NCBI RefSeq assembly: GCF_026210795.1
Contig: NC_089432.1
Location: 558,001-622,000 of the forward strand
Origin: Rhizophagus irregularis
Lineage: Eukaryota
Length of the DNA: 64,000 nucleotides
Direction: 5' to 3'
The translations under genes and the position numbers were made by a program. How positions within the stretch are numbered: position 1 is the stretch's first letter; every line of letters starts with the position of its first letter. Shown here piece by piece: positions 1 to 14,499 of this stretch. Below the pieces are notes generated by a model. It did not search any database. It saw only the letters and a list, made by a program, of their open reading frames with translations, and was not told where the DNA came from.

Positions 1-1149
1 CTAAACCGTAAAACTTATTAAATAAGGATTAATTTGTAGTCATATTTAACTGATAAAAAAAAATATCAATTATTTAACTATTAACAAAAAATATCAGTCC
101 GTCAAAATCAGAATGATCCTAATAAACTGACCAATAACGTATAAATATTAAGTTAGTGAAAATTATAACATATTAAATTTTTATTCCTAAAGTAAATCAT
201 TGGATGATTCTGGTAGTGATGGGTTTTTGGATGTTGTAGTTGTAGATGGTTTGGTTATATTTTATTTTATTTTTCTCTTTCACAGAATGAAATCAAAAGC
301 CTCATCTATTGGTGATTTTGCAATGGAGTGGAATTAAAAGTCACGCAAGAACTATAGAAATGGATAATTTTCATAGTTTAATATACGAATATTTTTCAAC
401 TCTATATAATACATATTGCATACTTCTTCTCATAAATATGTATTTATGTATGACACAATAAAAATACTAAACCATGGTTAATAAAAATAGAAATACTATA
501 ATGCGGGAATTATTGTCAGGCCCATAATTTGGAAATGATATCAAACTAGATGGATTATAATGAAATTTTTGTGAAATGACACTTTTTATTAAAAGAAGAT
601 GGCGTTGAATTTCAATAAATATATATTATAAAAAACAGTATTGAATTCTACAATTGTAACAATAGTATACTTTTAGATTATAAAAATTCGCCATAATAAA
701 TAATATTACGCCGCATCAGTATAGCACAATTTCATGCAATAAGATTTATTCCACATGGAATTTCTCTTTCTGCTGATTTTTCAAATAGTTCAAAAGCTAC
801 AATTCAAATACATACAAATAAGTAATATCATATTAAAATATACTACACAGTATTTCCCTCATAAAAAATTTATATCATATTCACGGAGTTTTACAGAAAT
901 TACGGATAAAATTTTTACAGGGTCCATCATTGGTATACTGTAATTTAGATAAATTAAATATTGTATATACAGTATACAATTTTAACAACTTGTTAAAGAT
1001 TACAAATATTTAATACAAACGAATACTTAATATCTTAATATCTTTAATGGTATATTTGTATGTCCATATTATGGTAAATTTACAAATTAAATTATTTAGA
1101 TACAGTATTTGATGATAAAAAGTTAAAAATTTCAATAATAATAAAAGAT

Positions 1150-1860
1150 AAATACTTTTTTGATAATTAACATCAATTCCAATTCCATGATAACAACGAT
1201 TACCTAATTATTTATTCCTTTCCTAAACGTATGTTCTATATGAATTTCTAAATTTGCTGACTTTTGATATAATTCAAATACCTTTTGTGAATCAATGACA
1301 GTTCCCATTCCACTTTTATAATAACTTCCTAACTGATTGGCCCACCTGGATGTTCTTTCAGATAATTTAAAATTTTATCATAATTTTACTTCCATCCATA
1401 TACAAAATATCATTAAACTACTTTGTTTTTTAATTCTAGTACTTCTTTCTGAAATACTGAGTCAATTGCAATTTATTTGTTGACAATCACTCCAATTCCA
1501 TGAAAATTAAAATATCTAATTAAATAGATAGAATTTGAATCATTCTGATTATTTATAAGCCATTGATGACGAATTTTCTATAAAGTTATCTATATAAATC
1601 AAGAACAATTTTTATCTTTTCCTTCATTTATTTCAAATATCAATAAGAAAATTGCTAAAGATAAAATAAAGATTAATGAGATAAGTCTAAATTAAAAAAT
1701 TTTATGTGATATTTTCGATATTTATCATATTCATGATAATTATTTAATATATTTTTTAATCATTGCATGATTTTTAAAAATAAACTTGTTATTTTGCTAT
1801 GCTAAATAATATTTTCCAATATAAACATATAAATAGACCAAATTCAATCTTACCCCAAGA
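1150..1860 (-). pseudogene. Decayed Sel1-repeat gene of the same family as 7207..8181
   Basis: The minus strand retains the family motif NNQNDSNSIYLIRYFNFHGIG (~1490-1560) and a CYHGIGID-type repeat remnant (~1170-1200). There is no long ORF. Boundaries are approximate. Confidence 0.7.
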
Positions 1861-2374
1861 TAGGACACATTCAACTGAAGATAGTTTGAATATTACTGCT
1901 GAGATTGGGACATTTGGTTGTACTTCAACTTGATTATTCTAAATTAGCATAGATAAATTGGACCCAAGTTGGTTTTAACATGTTAATTTTGGCAAATTTA
2001 AATTTAATGATCATTATTACAACAATATTTAAATATTAAAAGATAAATTATTCAATTACAAACTGATTTTATTTATGTAAAAATGTTTACAAATACTCTA
2101 TAATCAGTGTTGAATAAAAAAAAACTATTTATAAAGAAATAAAATATTTGCCCAATACAAACTGATTAAACTGATTTCACCTAGTTTGCAAATACCTCAT
2201 AATCAGTGTTTAACAAAAAACTACCAAAAAAGAAAAAAAATTATGGTTTTACAATGATTTTCTTTATTCCCTTTGATTAATTATTTTCATTTTAAACTTA
2301 CAACCTATTAATAAAAAACTAAATTTAAATATTTTTTAATTAAAAAAATAAATAAATAAATAAACACAACTAAC

Positions 2375-5300
2375 TTACTTTGTGAAGTCAATAACTTCCA
2401 TTGAATAAAGATTTTTTGTAAATGGATTAAGTAATCGAGATGTGTAATAAGCTTCTGGATGAGTAGTTGATTGATTACTTCCAATAGATAAAGGATTTGC
2501 TTTTCTATATTCTTCTGCTTTTTTAAATTGTTTTTCAACCTCCTTATCTTTAAAGACGACCTTAAAATCAGAATAAAATGAACTAATCAATTTTTCTAAG
2601 TCAATAGCACTTGGTCTATTATTTGGATTTGAATCCCAACACTTCTTCATTATATCAATGTAAATTTTTGGTACTTCTGACTCGTTAATTTCAGGTCTAA
2701 TTCCATTACATATATTTAATACTAAAAACTCATCATGTGCACAATTGGCAAAAGGCTGTTTTCCAGTTGCTATAAAATACATAACCATGCCAAGGCTGTA
2801 TATATCTGCTGCTTGAGTATAAGATTTACTACTCTTTAATACTTCAGGGGCTACATAAGGTATAACTCCATAAATTTTGCTTTCATCTTTTATATTACTG
2901 ACTTCTCCACATAATCCCATATCTGAAATAAATATTCTACTATATAAGAAGTTCATAGTTTCGTTTTCAACTAATAAATTTCCAATTAATAAATTTCCTA
3001 CATGAAAATCACGATGAACCATTTGTTTTTGATGAATATTTTCAAGTCCTTTAATAATCTTCAATGTTATACGTAATTTAGATATCCAATCAAGTTTATT
3101 ATAATTTTTATTTAACTGATAATAAAGACTTCCTCCATTTGCAAAACCTAGAACTATAATATAATCTTTTGTATCTGGATTTTGAGACAATCCATATATT
3201 CGGGTAATATTTTCATAGTTATTAAGAGAATATGCTCTAATCTATTAAAATGTGTAAAAATTTATTATTTTATATAAAATAAAATTTAATTATATGTTTA
3301 TAATTTCTTACCTCATTTAAAAATTCATCAGTAATATTTTGTGATGAATTGAGCAAATATTTTAAAGCAAATTTTCTATTACCCTTCCTTCTTCTAAATT
3401 TTTCATGGTAAGATAATGGACCATCCTTCCATATTGCTGAATAAACTGTGGAAAATCCTCCCTTACCTATTTTTTCAATGTTATTAAACTGATTGTATGG
3501 TACCCACTCAAATATTGTATCAGAGTTATCATTAATTTTTAATTGCATCTCTTGAATAAGTTCATCAATTTTTTTATTTCCGCTGGTCCAATTTATAGAA
3601 TTTTTCTTTAAATAATCTAATTGACATGATTTACACCAAGTATAATGCAAAATTTTACCACATTTTTCGCAATATATATTTCCAATAACCATAATATAAT
3701 CTTTTGTATCTGGGCTTTGAGATATTCCATATATTATTTTATTATTATTATATTCTATTGAATATTCATTAGCCTATTATAAAAAATATTTTTATTAGAA
3801 AATAAAATAAAATAAATTTACAAAAGAACTGAATCTTATACCTCATTAAAAAATTCATCAACATTATCTTGCAAGTTGTAAAATTTTAAATTAATTTTTT
3901 GATTCTTATTTATTAAATGTCTTTGATATATTTTTTTATATTTATCATAATTTAACTGACCATTTTTCCATATTGCTGAACATATTGTAATAGAACCATC
4001 TTTGTTTATTTTTTTAATATTATTAAACTGTTCATATGGTATCCATTCAACTATTATATTACAATAAAAATTAACTTTTAATTGCATTCCTTGAATAAAT
4101 TTGTCAATTTTTTCATTTTTGCTGGTCCAATTTGTAAAATTTTTCTTCAAATTGCTTATTTGACATGGTTCACACAATTTACAAAACGTATATGTATATT
4201 CCTTGCCACAATTTTCACAATATTTCTCTTGAATAACAATAATATAATTTTTTGTATTTGGATTTTGTGATACTCCATATATTTCATCCTTGTATTCAGA
4301 GTTGTTGCCCTAATAAAATAAAAAAAATATTACCAAAATAATTAAAATGAAATAATTTAATAAAAAAAAGTTTTATACCTCGTTAAAAAATTCTTCAGTA
4401 ATATTTAGTGAATTAAATAATTTTAAAGTAACTATTTCATTCTGATTTTTTAAATTTCTTTTATATATTCTTTCATTTTCATCATAATTCAACTGACCAT
4501 TTTTCCATATTGCTGAATATATTGTAAATAAATCATTTTTACCTATTTCTTTAATATTATCAAACTGTTCATATGGTATCCATTCAACTATTATATTATA
4601 AGAACAATCAATCTTTGATTGCATTTCTTGAATAAATTTATCAATTTTTTCATTTTTGCTGGTCCAATTTGTAAAATTTTTCTTCAAATTGCTTATTTGA
4701 CATGGTTTACACCATTTATAAAATGTATTTGTATATTCCTTACCACAATTTTCACAATATTCATCTTGAAGAAATATTATATAATCTTTTGTATCTGGAT
4801 TTTGAGAAAATCCATATATATTATCAATCCTATATGGCTTTAAATATTCTTTATACTATTAAAATAAGAAAAAAACATTACTAAAAAGTAATATAATATA
4901 AAGGAAATTTATAAGAAACTTTACCTTATTTAAAAATTCAGTAATATCTTGTGTATTATAACATATTAAAGTAACTTTTTTATTTTGATTTATAAAATCT
5001 CTCTTATATATTTTTTTATTTATATCATATTTTAGTGGACCACTTTTCCATATTGCCGTACATATTGTGATAATACCATTTTTGCCTATTTCTTTAATAT
5101 TGTCAAACTGTTCATATGATATCCATTCAAATATTGGATCATAGGATTTATTAACATGATTTAGTTGCCTATCTTGAATGAAATTATCAACTTTTTCATT
5201 TCCACTAGTCCAATTTATAAAATTTTTCTCGAAATAATCTATTTGACATGGTTTACACCATGTTTCACGCCAACCATGTATGGAATTCGTGTATTCTTCA

Positions 5301-6407
5301 CCACATTTTTCGCAATATTCATCGTGAATAACTATTATATAATCTTTTGTATCTGGATTTTGTGATATTCCATATATCGGAAGAGCATTACTATTACGTC
5401 CCTTTATTTGAAATTAATTAGTTTAAAAAATAATATAAAAAAAATATTTATTTATATTAATTATCTTACCTTGACTAATAATTCGTTGGTAATATTTTGT
5501 GAATTATGTATATATTTTAAAGCAACTTGTTTTTTTCCTAACTTTCTTTTATATTCTTTTTTATAAAGACAATAATATAAAGGACCATCCTTCCATATTG
5601 TTGAATATATTGTACTAAAACCATCTTTTCTTATTTCTTTAATATTATCAAACTGGTCATATGGTATCCATTCAATTATTATATCTTTGTAATCATTAAT
5701 TTTTAACTGAAATTCTTGAATAAAATTATCAACTATTTCATTTCCACTAGTCCAATTTATAAAACCTTTCTCTATATAATTTATTTGACATGATTCACAC
5801 CATTTGTACTTCACATTTGTATATTTTTTACCACATTTTTCACAATGATCATCTTGAAAAACCATAAAATATTCTTTTGTATTTGGATTTTGAGATATTC
5901 CATATATTGGAAAATTATCAAGACTACTGGACCAAAAATATGATTTAACCTATTATAAACAATAAAAAAGTCATTACAATTAAATAAACATATACATATG
6001 GATTAAATAAAGTCATTTCGTACCTTATAATAAAATTCATTGGTAATAATTGTTAAATCATACAAACTGAAAATAAAAATTTTTTCATTCTTAGATTTTC
6101 TTACATATTCCTTTTTGTGATGACAATAATATAGTGGACCATCTTTCCATATTGCCAAATATAAAACATTGTTTATTTCTTTAATATCATTCAATTGATT
6201 GTATGGTATCCATTCAAGTATTATATTATTTGGTTCACGAATATCTTGATTTTTTTCTTGAATTAAATTATCAATGATTTCATTTCCGCTTGTCCAATTT
6301 GTAAGGTTTTTTTCAAAATTATCTATTTGACATGGCTTACACCATCTATCTTCTACAAAAGTGTATCTGTCACCACATTTTTCACAATCTATATCAACTT
6401 GTGACAT
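2375..6407 (-). CDS. Seven-exon TKL-like protein kinase with six tandem CxxC..CxxC/NWTS/N-lobe modules before one complete catalytic domain
   Basis: The ORF pieces join via phase-0 GT-AG introns at the same position in each module (e.g. intron 5950-6023). Exons are approximately 6407-6024, 5949-5470, 5401-4925, 4856-4378, 4309-3842, 3773-3312 and 3242-2375. Kinase motifs: IGKGGF, FALK, HRDFHVGN, DMG, APE, DIYSLG. Confidence 0.85.
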
Positions 6408-7206
6408 GTTTTTATTATTTCAAAAAAAAAGCGAAGATGAAACGATGAAACGGCTGAAACGCCCAAATTTCACGTCAATTTACACTACATGTTTATTTAG
6501 TTTGACAGCGACCATGCCGATCGTATGGACATGATGTCACAAGGGCGCAGTAAAATTGGCACAACAGTTAAAAATGACGAAAATCACTTAATAATCACGT
6601 GACATTGTCGATCAATGACGAACTATTTTTCTGAAATAATGAAATATAATCAATTTTTATTCTAAATAATTTTTTGAAAAACGGAATTGACCATTTGAAA
6701 TTATTTTAAAGAGAGAAAATCTAATTTTAAAATATCCTAAATAAAATATTAGTGTACTGTTACATATCCAGATTTTCAGAAAATTCATTATATATATTTT
6801 TTTTTAAAGTTAAATATCCGTCATTTATTTTAACGAAAGTCTTAATTAGATAATTATGAAAATATATATAGCATGAATAACCCAAAAATTGACCCACGTC
6901 TATATAATTAAAAAAATGGTGTTTGTGTAACGGGTTACCACAAAATCCTGACAACCATAGTAAAATCGACAGTCTACAATCCCGACACCAAGTAAAAATC
7001 TTGACAATCAAAATCCCAAAGTTTTTTTTAAAATATAATTTTAAAAATTCAATTACGCAGTAACGGGTTAATTTATTGTAAATTTTATTAATACCAATGT
7101 AAATTGGTTACAAATTTTATTAATATTAATGCAACTTACCTAACGTTACTATATATTAATGAAATTTTATCTTAGTTAAAAGGATTATGAAACCTTAAAT
7201 TGAGTG

Positions 7207-8181
7207 CTATTCTTTTGACAATATTTCTAATTTATTTTGAGCATGTTTAAAGTCTTGTTTAGCAGATTTTTTATACCAATATATCGCTTTATCCAAATCT
7301 TTTGTAATTCCATCTCCATTTTCATACATTAAAGCAAGATTATATTGAGCTACAGTATATCCCAAAACTGCTGCCTTTTGAAATAATTCAAATGCTTTTT
7401 GTTTATTAACTACAGTTCCAATACCATCTTTATAGCAATTTCCTAAGTTATACATCCCAATTGTATTCCCTAAAACTGTTGCTTGTTGATAAAATTTAAA
7501 TGCTTTTTGTGTATTAGCATTAGTTCCAGATCCATTTATATAACAATTTCCTAACAAAAGTATTCCGCATGAATTTCCTAAATTTGCTGCTTTTTGATAT
7601 AACTGAAATGCTTTTTGTGTGTTAGCATCAGTTCCAAACCCATTATCATAACAGTAACCTAATAAGGTCATACCACTTGAATATTCTTTTCTTGCTAATT
7701 TTTCAGATAATTTAAATGCTTTATCATGATTTCTACCAATATCTTTTCCAATAATGTACATATTGGCAAGATCAAATTGAGCTGCACTGTTTTCAAATTC
7801 GACTGCTTTTTTATATAATTCAAATGCTTTTTGTCTATTGAGATCCATACCAATTCCATAAAAATTAAAATATCCAAGACAATAAATAGAATTTGAATCA
7901 TTTTGATTATTTAAAAGCCAGCAGAAAATTTCTTGCAAGTTTATCTTATTGCTATCAATATAATCAAGAATGTGTTGTCGTCTTTCATTTTTACTTTTTC
8001 CTTCATTTACTTCCTTAAAATAATTATTTACCAATTCGTCGATTACAATACTCAAGTCTTCTTCAAAAATATTTTCATGTATATTTTGAATTGTAGGTTC
8101 TAATTCTTTTTCATTTCTTATATTAAAATTCTGAATAATTCGAGATAATACTCCTTGTAGTACTTGCTGTTTATATGGCAT
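7207..8181 (-). CDS. Sel1-like repeat (SLR) protein, 324 aa
   Basis: Repeated LGxCYxxGxGT...KAFxLYQKAA units ending in AQYNLALMYENG...YWYKKSA. Confidence 0.9.
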   Translation of the reverse strand: MPYKQQVLQGVLSRIIQNFNIRNEKELEPTIQNIHENIFEEDLSIVIDELVNNYFKEVNEGKSKNERRQHILDYIDSNKINLQEIFCWLLNNQNDSNSIYCLGYFNFYGIGMDLNRQKAFELYKKAVEFENSAAQFDLANMYIIGKDIGRNHDKAFKLSEKLARKEYSSGMTLLGYCYDNGFGTDANTQKAFQLYQKAANLGNSCGILLLGNCYINGSGTNANTQKAFKFYQQATVLGNTIGMYNLGNCYKDGIGTVVNKQKAFELFQKAAVLGYTVAQYNLALMYENGDGITKDLDKAIYWYKKSAKQDFKHAQNKLEILSKE

Positions 8182-9377
8182 TTTAAAATTTTAATTCGTT
8201 ATACTGTTATTACTGTGAACAAGACAAAAAAAATTTTTTAATTTTTCACAACATATTTATTTATAGTAGTACTGCAGATCATTTGCCACAACTTATTGGA
8301 GCACGTGAAAAAAATAAGTTATTAGCTGTGCAAATCCCTATAAAAAATTTTATCCGTTATTTCTGTAAAAACTCCGTAAAAATAAGCCTTCACGGATCTA
8401 TTCACGGAAAATGTAAATAATTCGATAAATTCCATTATTTTGAATAATGCACAGTAACTAATACTATTTTAATTGGTACATTTACATTCTTTCTATAAAG
8501 TTCTATTCTAAATATTATTGGTACATTAAATTATTACTACGTCACTATGTTACGTCACTACACTTGTTATTCGTTCTCGATCATTATGTGGGTAAATGTA
8601 TATTTAAGTTATAGTCAAATTGTATTAAAATATATATATAAATTACACGAGTATATATAGAAGGGAGAACGAAGGAGATTCTTAGTTTTAGTTTTTTAGT
8701 CACTATTGGAATATTTCAAATCTCCGGCGGAGGGTAGCAATAATTTTCGTTTTATTTCTTTATTCATTGTTTATTAGAGTTTATTATACACATTTGTTGT
8801 TATATATTATTAATGTTTATTTTAAATAAAGTATACACCTTAAATTTGCATATATATTCGTTCTACACTTTGTTTTACATTCCAAATTATAAAATATTTT
8901 GTTGCTATCACGAAAATGCGAAGAAAAGTGGCGGTACTAAAATCTCATTTTCTAGTATAACTTGATTTAGCTGAAAGAATAAAATTAAAACTAAATAATA
9001 GGAAATTAAATATCGAGATATCTTTTTTTGTATAAAGTACCGAATGTTCTAAAGTTTTGGAGTCACATAATTTTCTATTTTGCCAATAATTAATTAAATC
9101 ATGCCAATCCGTCAAATTTGTCGCACAATTACTGTTAAGTATACAATACTATATGACACGATGATGTACTTATTTTATAGTTTAAATTTTATTTTTTCTT
9201 TGATCAAATAAAGTCACGTCACTACATTTAATATATAATAAAAATAAAAAATTTATAAAGAAATTTACTGAAATAATATAATAAAAAAAGAATTTATGGA
9301 ATAATATATAATTAAAAAGAAATACTAAAATTTTTTGAACAATATACTAGGTGATAAATAAATTTATTCCTTAAAAT

Positions 9378-11261
9378 TTATTCATCATCGTCTTGATTAA
9401 GATCTATTTTTTTTTTAAAAAAAAAAATAATAATTATTATTAAATTAAATTAATAATTTCATATATTTAAAAACAGATGTCTTACCTAATTCATTTGATT
9501 CATAATCCAAACATTCAGAAACTATTAATAAAATGATAATAAATATTATTATAATAATCATGATAATCTTTAATACATAATGCAAATATATACTTACTTA
9601 GATTAGCTGATGATGATGAAATGGGTTCTATTAAGAGGAAAAAGAAACATAAATAAATTGATAGATTATATTCTCATATTAAATTTTTAATACAAATTTA
9701 CCTTGAAACGAAGATAAATAATTGGTTGAATTAACTGGTTCTGGAAGATTTTCAAATTTTAAAAGTCTGCTAGTATAAATTGCTTGTGGGTGAATTTGAA
9801 GATTTTTAGATTTATTTTCATTTGTTCTGTTTTTTAATTTATTCACTTTAATTTTTTCACATTCTTTTATTTGATAACTAATTTCACTATTTTCATCATC
9901 CATATCATTTCCATATCTAAGAAATGTTTGGCATAATTCTTTAGCAGTTGGTCTATTTTCTGCTTTAGCATCCCAACATTTAATAATCAAATCTACAATT
10001 AATTTTGGTGTATCTTCAGAAATTTTTGGTCTAAATCCTTTACATATTTTAACACCCAAAAAATGATCATGAGGAATATCATTATAAGGAATTTCTTCTG
10101 ACATAAGTTCATTCATTATTATTCCAAATGAGTAAATATCTGCTGCTTTAGTATATTTATATCCACGTAAAACTTCAGGTGCCATGTAAGGTATTACACC
10201 ATAAATTCCTTTTCGCTCATTATCATTTACTGGTTGACACATTCCCAAATCACTAATTGATAGTAAATCATTATGATTATTATATAATATATTGCCCGAA
10301 TGAAAATCTTTATGAATATTTCCAGCATCATGAATACCTGAAAGCCCATCTATAATACAAAATAAATATTTTATTTTAGTTTCAAGTTTTGAATCTTCCA
10401 CTAAAATATTTCTCAAATTTCCTCCCTCAAAATATTGTAAAACCATCATATAATCTTTAGTATTTGGATCTTGAGTTATTCCAAAACACATAACAGTATT
10501 ACTAGCATGAATATGACCCGAAATATAATAATTAATCTAAAATCATTAAAAAGAGAAATTTTGTTAATAAATTATGTAATAAAATACAAATATTAATAAG
10601 CAAAATTTATTTTAATTACCTCATTTAAAAAATCATTACTTATATTAGATGAATTATTTAAACTTTTCAATGCAACTTTTCTTGGATTTCTGTCCCATTT
10701 TTGATTCTCAATATCCCAATACCAAATATTTCCTTCAGGCCAGTCAGCCGAATAAATTTTACTAAAACCACCTCTGGTAAGATACGTAACATTGTCAAAT
10801 TTTTCAAAAGGTATCCACTCAAGACATTTTACGTAAAAAAAAGCATTAAGTTGTGATTTTTGTATTAATTCATCAATATTTTTATTTCCACTAGTCCAAT
10901 TTTTAAAATTTTCCTTAAATCTTTTAGCATTACAAGGTTGACACCAATGCCATCCTGTACCTGGTTCATTACATTCTCCACATACTCCATATACTTCTTT
11001 TCTTTTTTCTAAATCCATAATATTTACTTTTTTAAAAAAGGAAAAAGTTTCATCTGATTCAGTTGAAAAAATTGTAGCGTGGATCTATCAAAATAAATGA
11101 TTAAAAAGTTTTAATAAATATCTATATTGTTTATTATATTATAATATTTTTACCTGATATTCATTATCATCATCTTCTTTCCACAAATTTTTGGCATTAG
11201 TTTTAGAATTATTTCTTACTGTAATCTCAGTTGTATCTAAATTTTGGTTTGAAATATCCAT
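9378..11261 (-). CDS. Multi-exon TKL-like protein kinase with one Cys-motif/NWTSGN module and short C-terminal exons
   Basis: ORFs 10593..11018 and 9679..10491 carry LTRGGF, VALK, HKDFHSGN, DLG and APE. An upstream exon (11261-11154) splices in frame. Three small 3' exons lead to TAA at 9378; these small exons are less certain. Confidence 0.85.
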
Positions 11262-14200
11262 TTTATTAATATTTTCTAGGTAAAAATATATCACTTATAA
11301 TTTAGCGAATATACTCAATTGTAAATTTTTAATATTATTAATAATGTAAAAAAAAATATTTTTTTTTAAAAAAAGTAATTCGAATTAAAAAAAAAAAAAA
11401 ATGGGCGTCAATTAATTGCAAATCCTCCCTAATTGAACCTTAATTTGGAATTTTGTGTGGTTCCTTTTTTAAGTTTCAGGAAAAATTTTTTTCTCTGGTT
11501 TATTTCATGTATAAATGGTAAAATTTTCCTTTTTAGATAGAACTTTTATCCTAATAAATTTAACTTTTTTTACTTTATTTACAAAAAATATATTTAATAC
11601 TGTAACTGTTTTATTTCTCGTGTTTGGTAAAAAATTAATTATGGTTTTCAAAATTATACCGATCATGTGTCGATCATTTTTTAAAAATTTTAATTTGACA
11701 TTTGACACATTTTAAGTTTTTATATGAAAAACCTGTTGTTATATCCTTAAAAAAAAAGTTGATATATAAACTTTTAAAGGTTCACAATAAAATCATAGCT
11801 GTATAATTATAAGTTATATATATATATATATACATTTTCTATTAGCGTTATATATTGTATGACATAAATTATTAGATTGAACAACCTTTTGGGAAACTAT
11901 AAAAACCATGTCACCCCAGCCAAATGATCGGCATAGTTTCTAAGCTAAGTGGGCGTGCACTACATCCTAGCTTATAAACTGCCCATGGGCCAGATTAGCC
12001 CACGAGATCTGATTGGTCCAAACAACTTACCAACATTTAATTACAAATAAGGCAAATTTATAACTTTTGACCGGATATTTATTTATAAACTCATGGTCAA
12101 GGATTGCATTAATGTACATTTTGTACCACCTTGTAACTATAAAAAAGGCAAAATTTTTTCAAGGTTACACATTAATTTGGCCAGAATTAAGATAATTTCG
12201 CCCAGCAAAATTTGGCCGAAATTATAAAACGGACATAAATGTCCGTTTGCAAATTTGGCCAGAATTATAAAAACGGACATAAATTTGGCCGGAATTATAA
12301 AAACGGACATTTATGTCCGTTTTTGTAAATTTGGCCAGCATTATGAATGTAAATATTTTAACTAATTATTCAGTAATCATAAATAAATAAATTATATTTT
12401 GTTGTCTTTGTCTCATCAAAATATGCTAAATAGTGGAATTTCTATTATCAATAAATAAAAGTTATTAGCATTTATAAATATTTAAAAATATTAAAAATTA
12501 TTTCAAGAAAATGTTAATATTTTATTATTTATTTATTAATCCTAAAGGTATAAAACTGCTATCATTTAAAATATCTCAAAAAAACAATCCAACAAGCTAT
12601 ATATATTTTATCTTTCTATTTGTAATTACTTGATTTCAAGCTAAAGCAGTTTAACTTTCAGCAATTTAATGTAAATATTTAATCAGATAATAGACATTTG
12701 TTTTTTTTTAAATCAGAATACTAGATATTGTTTTATTATTTATTTAATATATAAAAGTTATATGAACATTGTGTTTTTTAAATATTATACGTAAAGAAAA
12801 TTTACAAAAATTTATAATTGATATAATTAATTAATAATTTAATTTATTATTCTAATTGTTATAAAATAATACATCACATGCTATTTATAGAAGTTTACTT
12901 TAATATAATATATATATATTACATTAAGAATATATAAATAAATTATTTAATTATCCAATTCATTATATACTATCTTTGTAGATAATAAATATACTATTTT
13001 ATTTAATGTTATTTGGCATTTAAAAAATTGGTTTATTGAAAAAATATTGACTTTTGGTTTTTTTATTTTTAAAATTGCCAAAAAATTGGATCTTTCAATT
13101 ATTAGTATATTAAATATATGTGGAAGTTACATATATAAATATACCTATCTAGTATTTAGTAGTAAATTAAATATATGTGAAAGTTACATAAACATATTGG
13201 TATTTAATGTAATTTGGTATTTAAAATTATTTTATTAATTAAAATATTTTTTTTATTATTAGATACAAATTATTTTAAAAATTGTCAAAAAATTATATTA
13301 GTACATTACATATGCAATTTAGCAATTGAAAAATTATTTTATTAATAGGCCATTGATTTTATTTTAGTTTTATTCTTTTTTTTAATTAGATATAATTTAT
13401 TTTAAATATTATTAGAAAATTAAATGATTTGATTCTTTTAATTATTAGTATATTATTATATCTATAGAAGTTGAATAAACATATCTATTTAATGGAATTT
13501 AATATTTAAATTATTTTATTAATACTTAATTTTTGTTTTGTTTTTATTTACAGTATTTTTTTATTTTTTTATTTTTATTTATTTTTTATTAGATACAAAT
13601 TATTTTAAATATTGTTAGAAATTGGATCAACAAAATCATTTATTAAAAAAATTTGGATTTGCAAATATTGCAGTAAATGTTTATCAGTACATTTCGCAAA
13701 TCCAAATTTTTTTTAATGAATGATTTTGTTGATCCAATTTCTAACAATATTTAAAATAATTTGTATCTAATAAAAAATAAATAAAAATAAAAAAATAAAA
13801 AAATACTGTAAATAAAAATAAAACAAAAATTAAGTTTTATATTAATAAAATAATTTTAAATATTAAATTCCATTATTAAATAGGTATGTTTATCTAACTT
13901 CCATAAATATATAATCCTTTAATTTTCTATCAAATTTTAAATAATTTAGATCAAATAAAAAAATAAAATAAAATTAAAATAAAATCAATGTTAATTGCTA
14001 AATTACATTAAATAGATTAAATAAGTATGTTTATTTAACTTCTATAAATATATAATATATTAATAATTAAAAGAGCCAAATAAATCATTTAATTTTCTAT
14101 TAATTTTTAAATAATTTGGATCAATAAAAAAATAAATAAAATCAAAATAAAATGTTAATTGCTAAATTACATTAAATAGATTAATAAATAAGTATATTTA

Positions 14201-14499
14201 TTTAACTTCCATAAATATGTAATGTATTAATAATTAAAAGAGCCAAATCATTTAATTTTCTATTAATTTTTGAAATAATTTGGATCAAAATCATCAAATA
14301 AAAAAAAAATTAATAAAATCAAAATTAATCAATGTTAATTGCTAAATTACATTAAATAAGTATGTTTATTTAACTTCCATAAATATGTAATGTATTAATA
14401 ATTGAAGGATTTAAATTTCTGACAATTTTTAGATCTAATAAAAAAGTAAATAAAAAACAAAAAAATTAATGTTTTATTTAATAGCATAATTTTTAAATA

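Noticed and set aside
880..8380. Inverted ~42-bp repeats at 880-921 and 8336-8380
   Set aside because: They look like outward-facing ends of separate MITE fragments and show no shared TSD.
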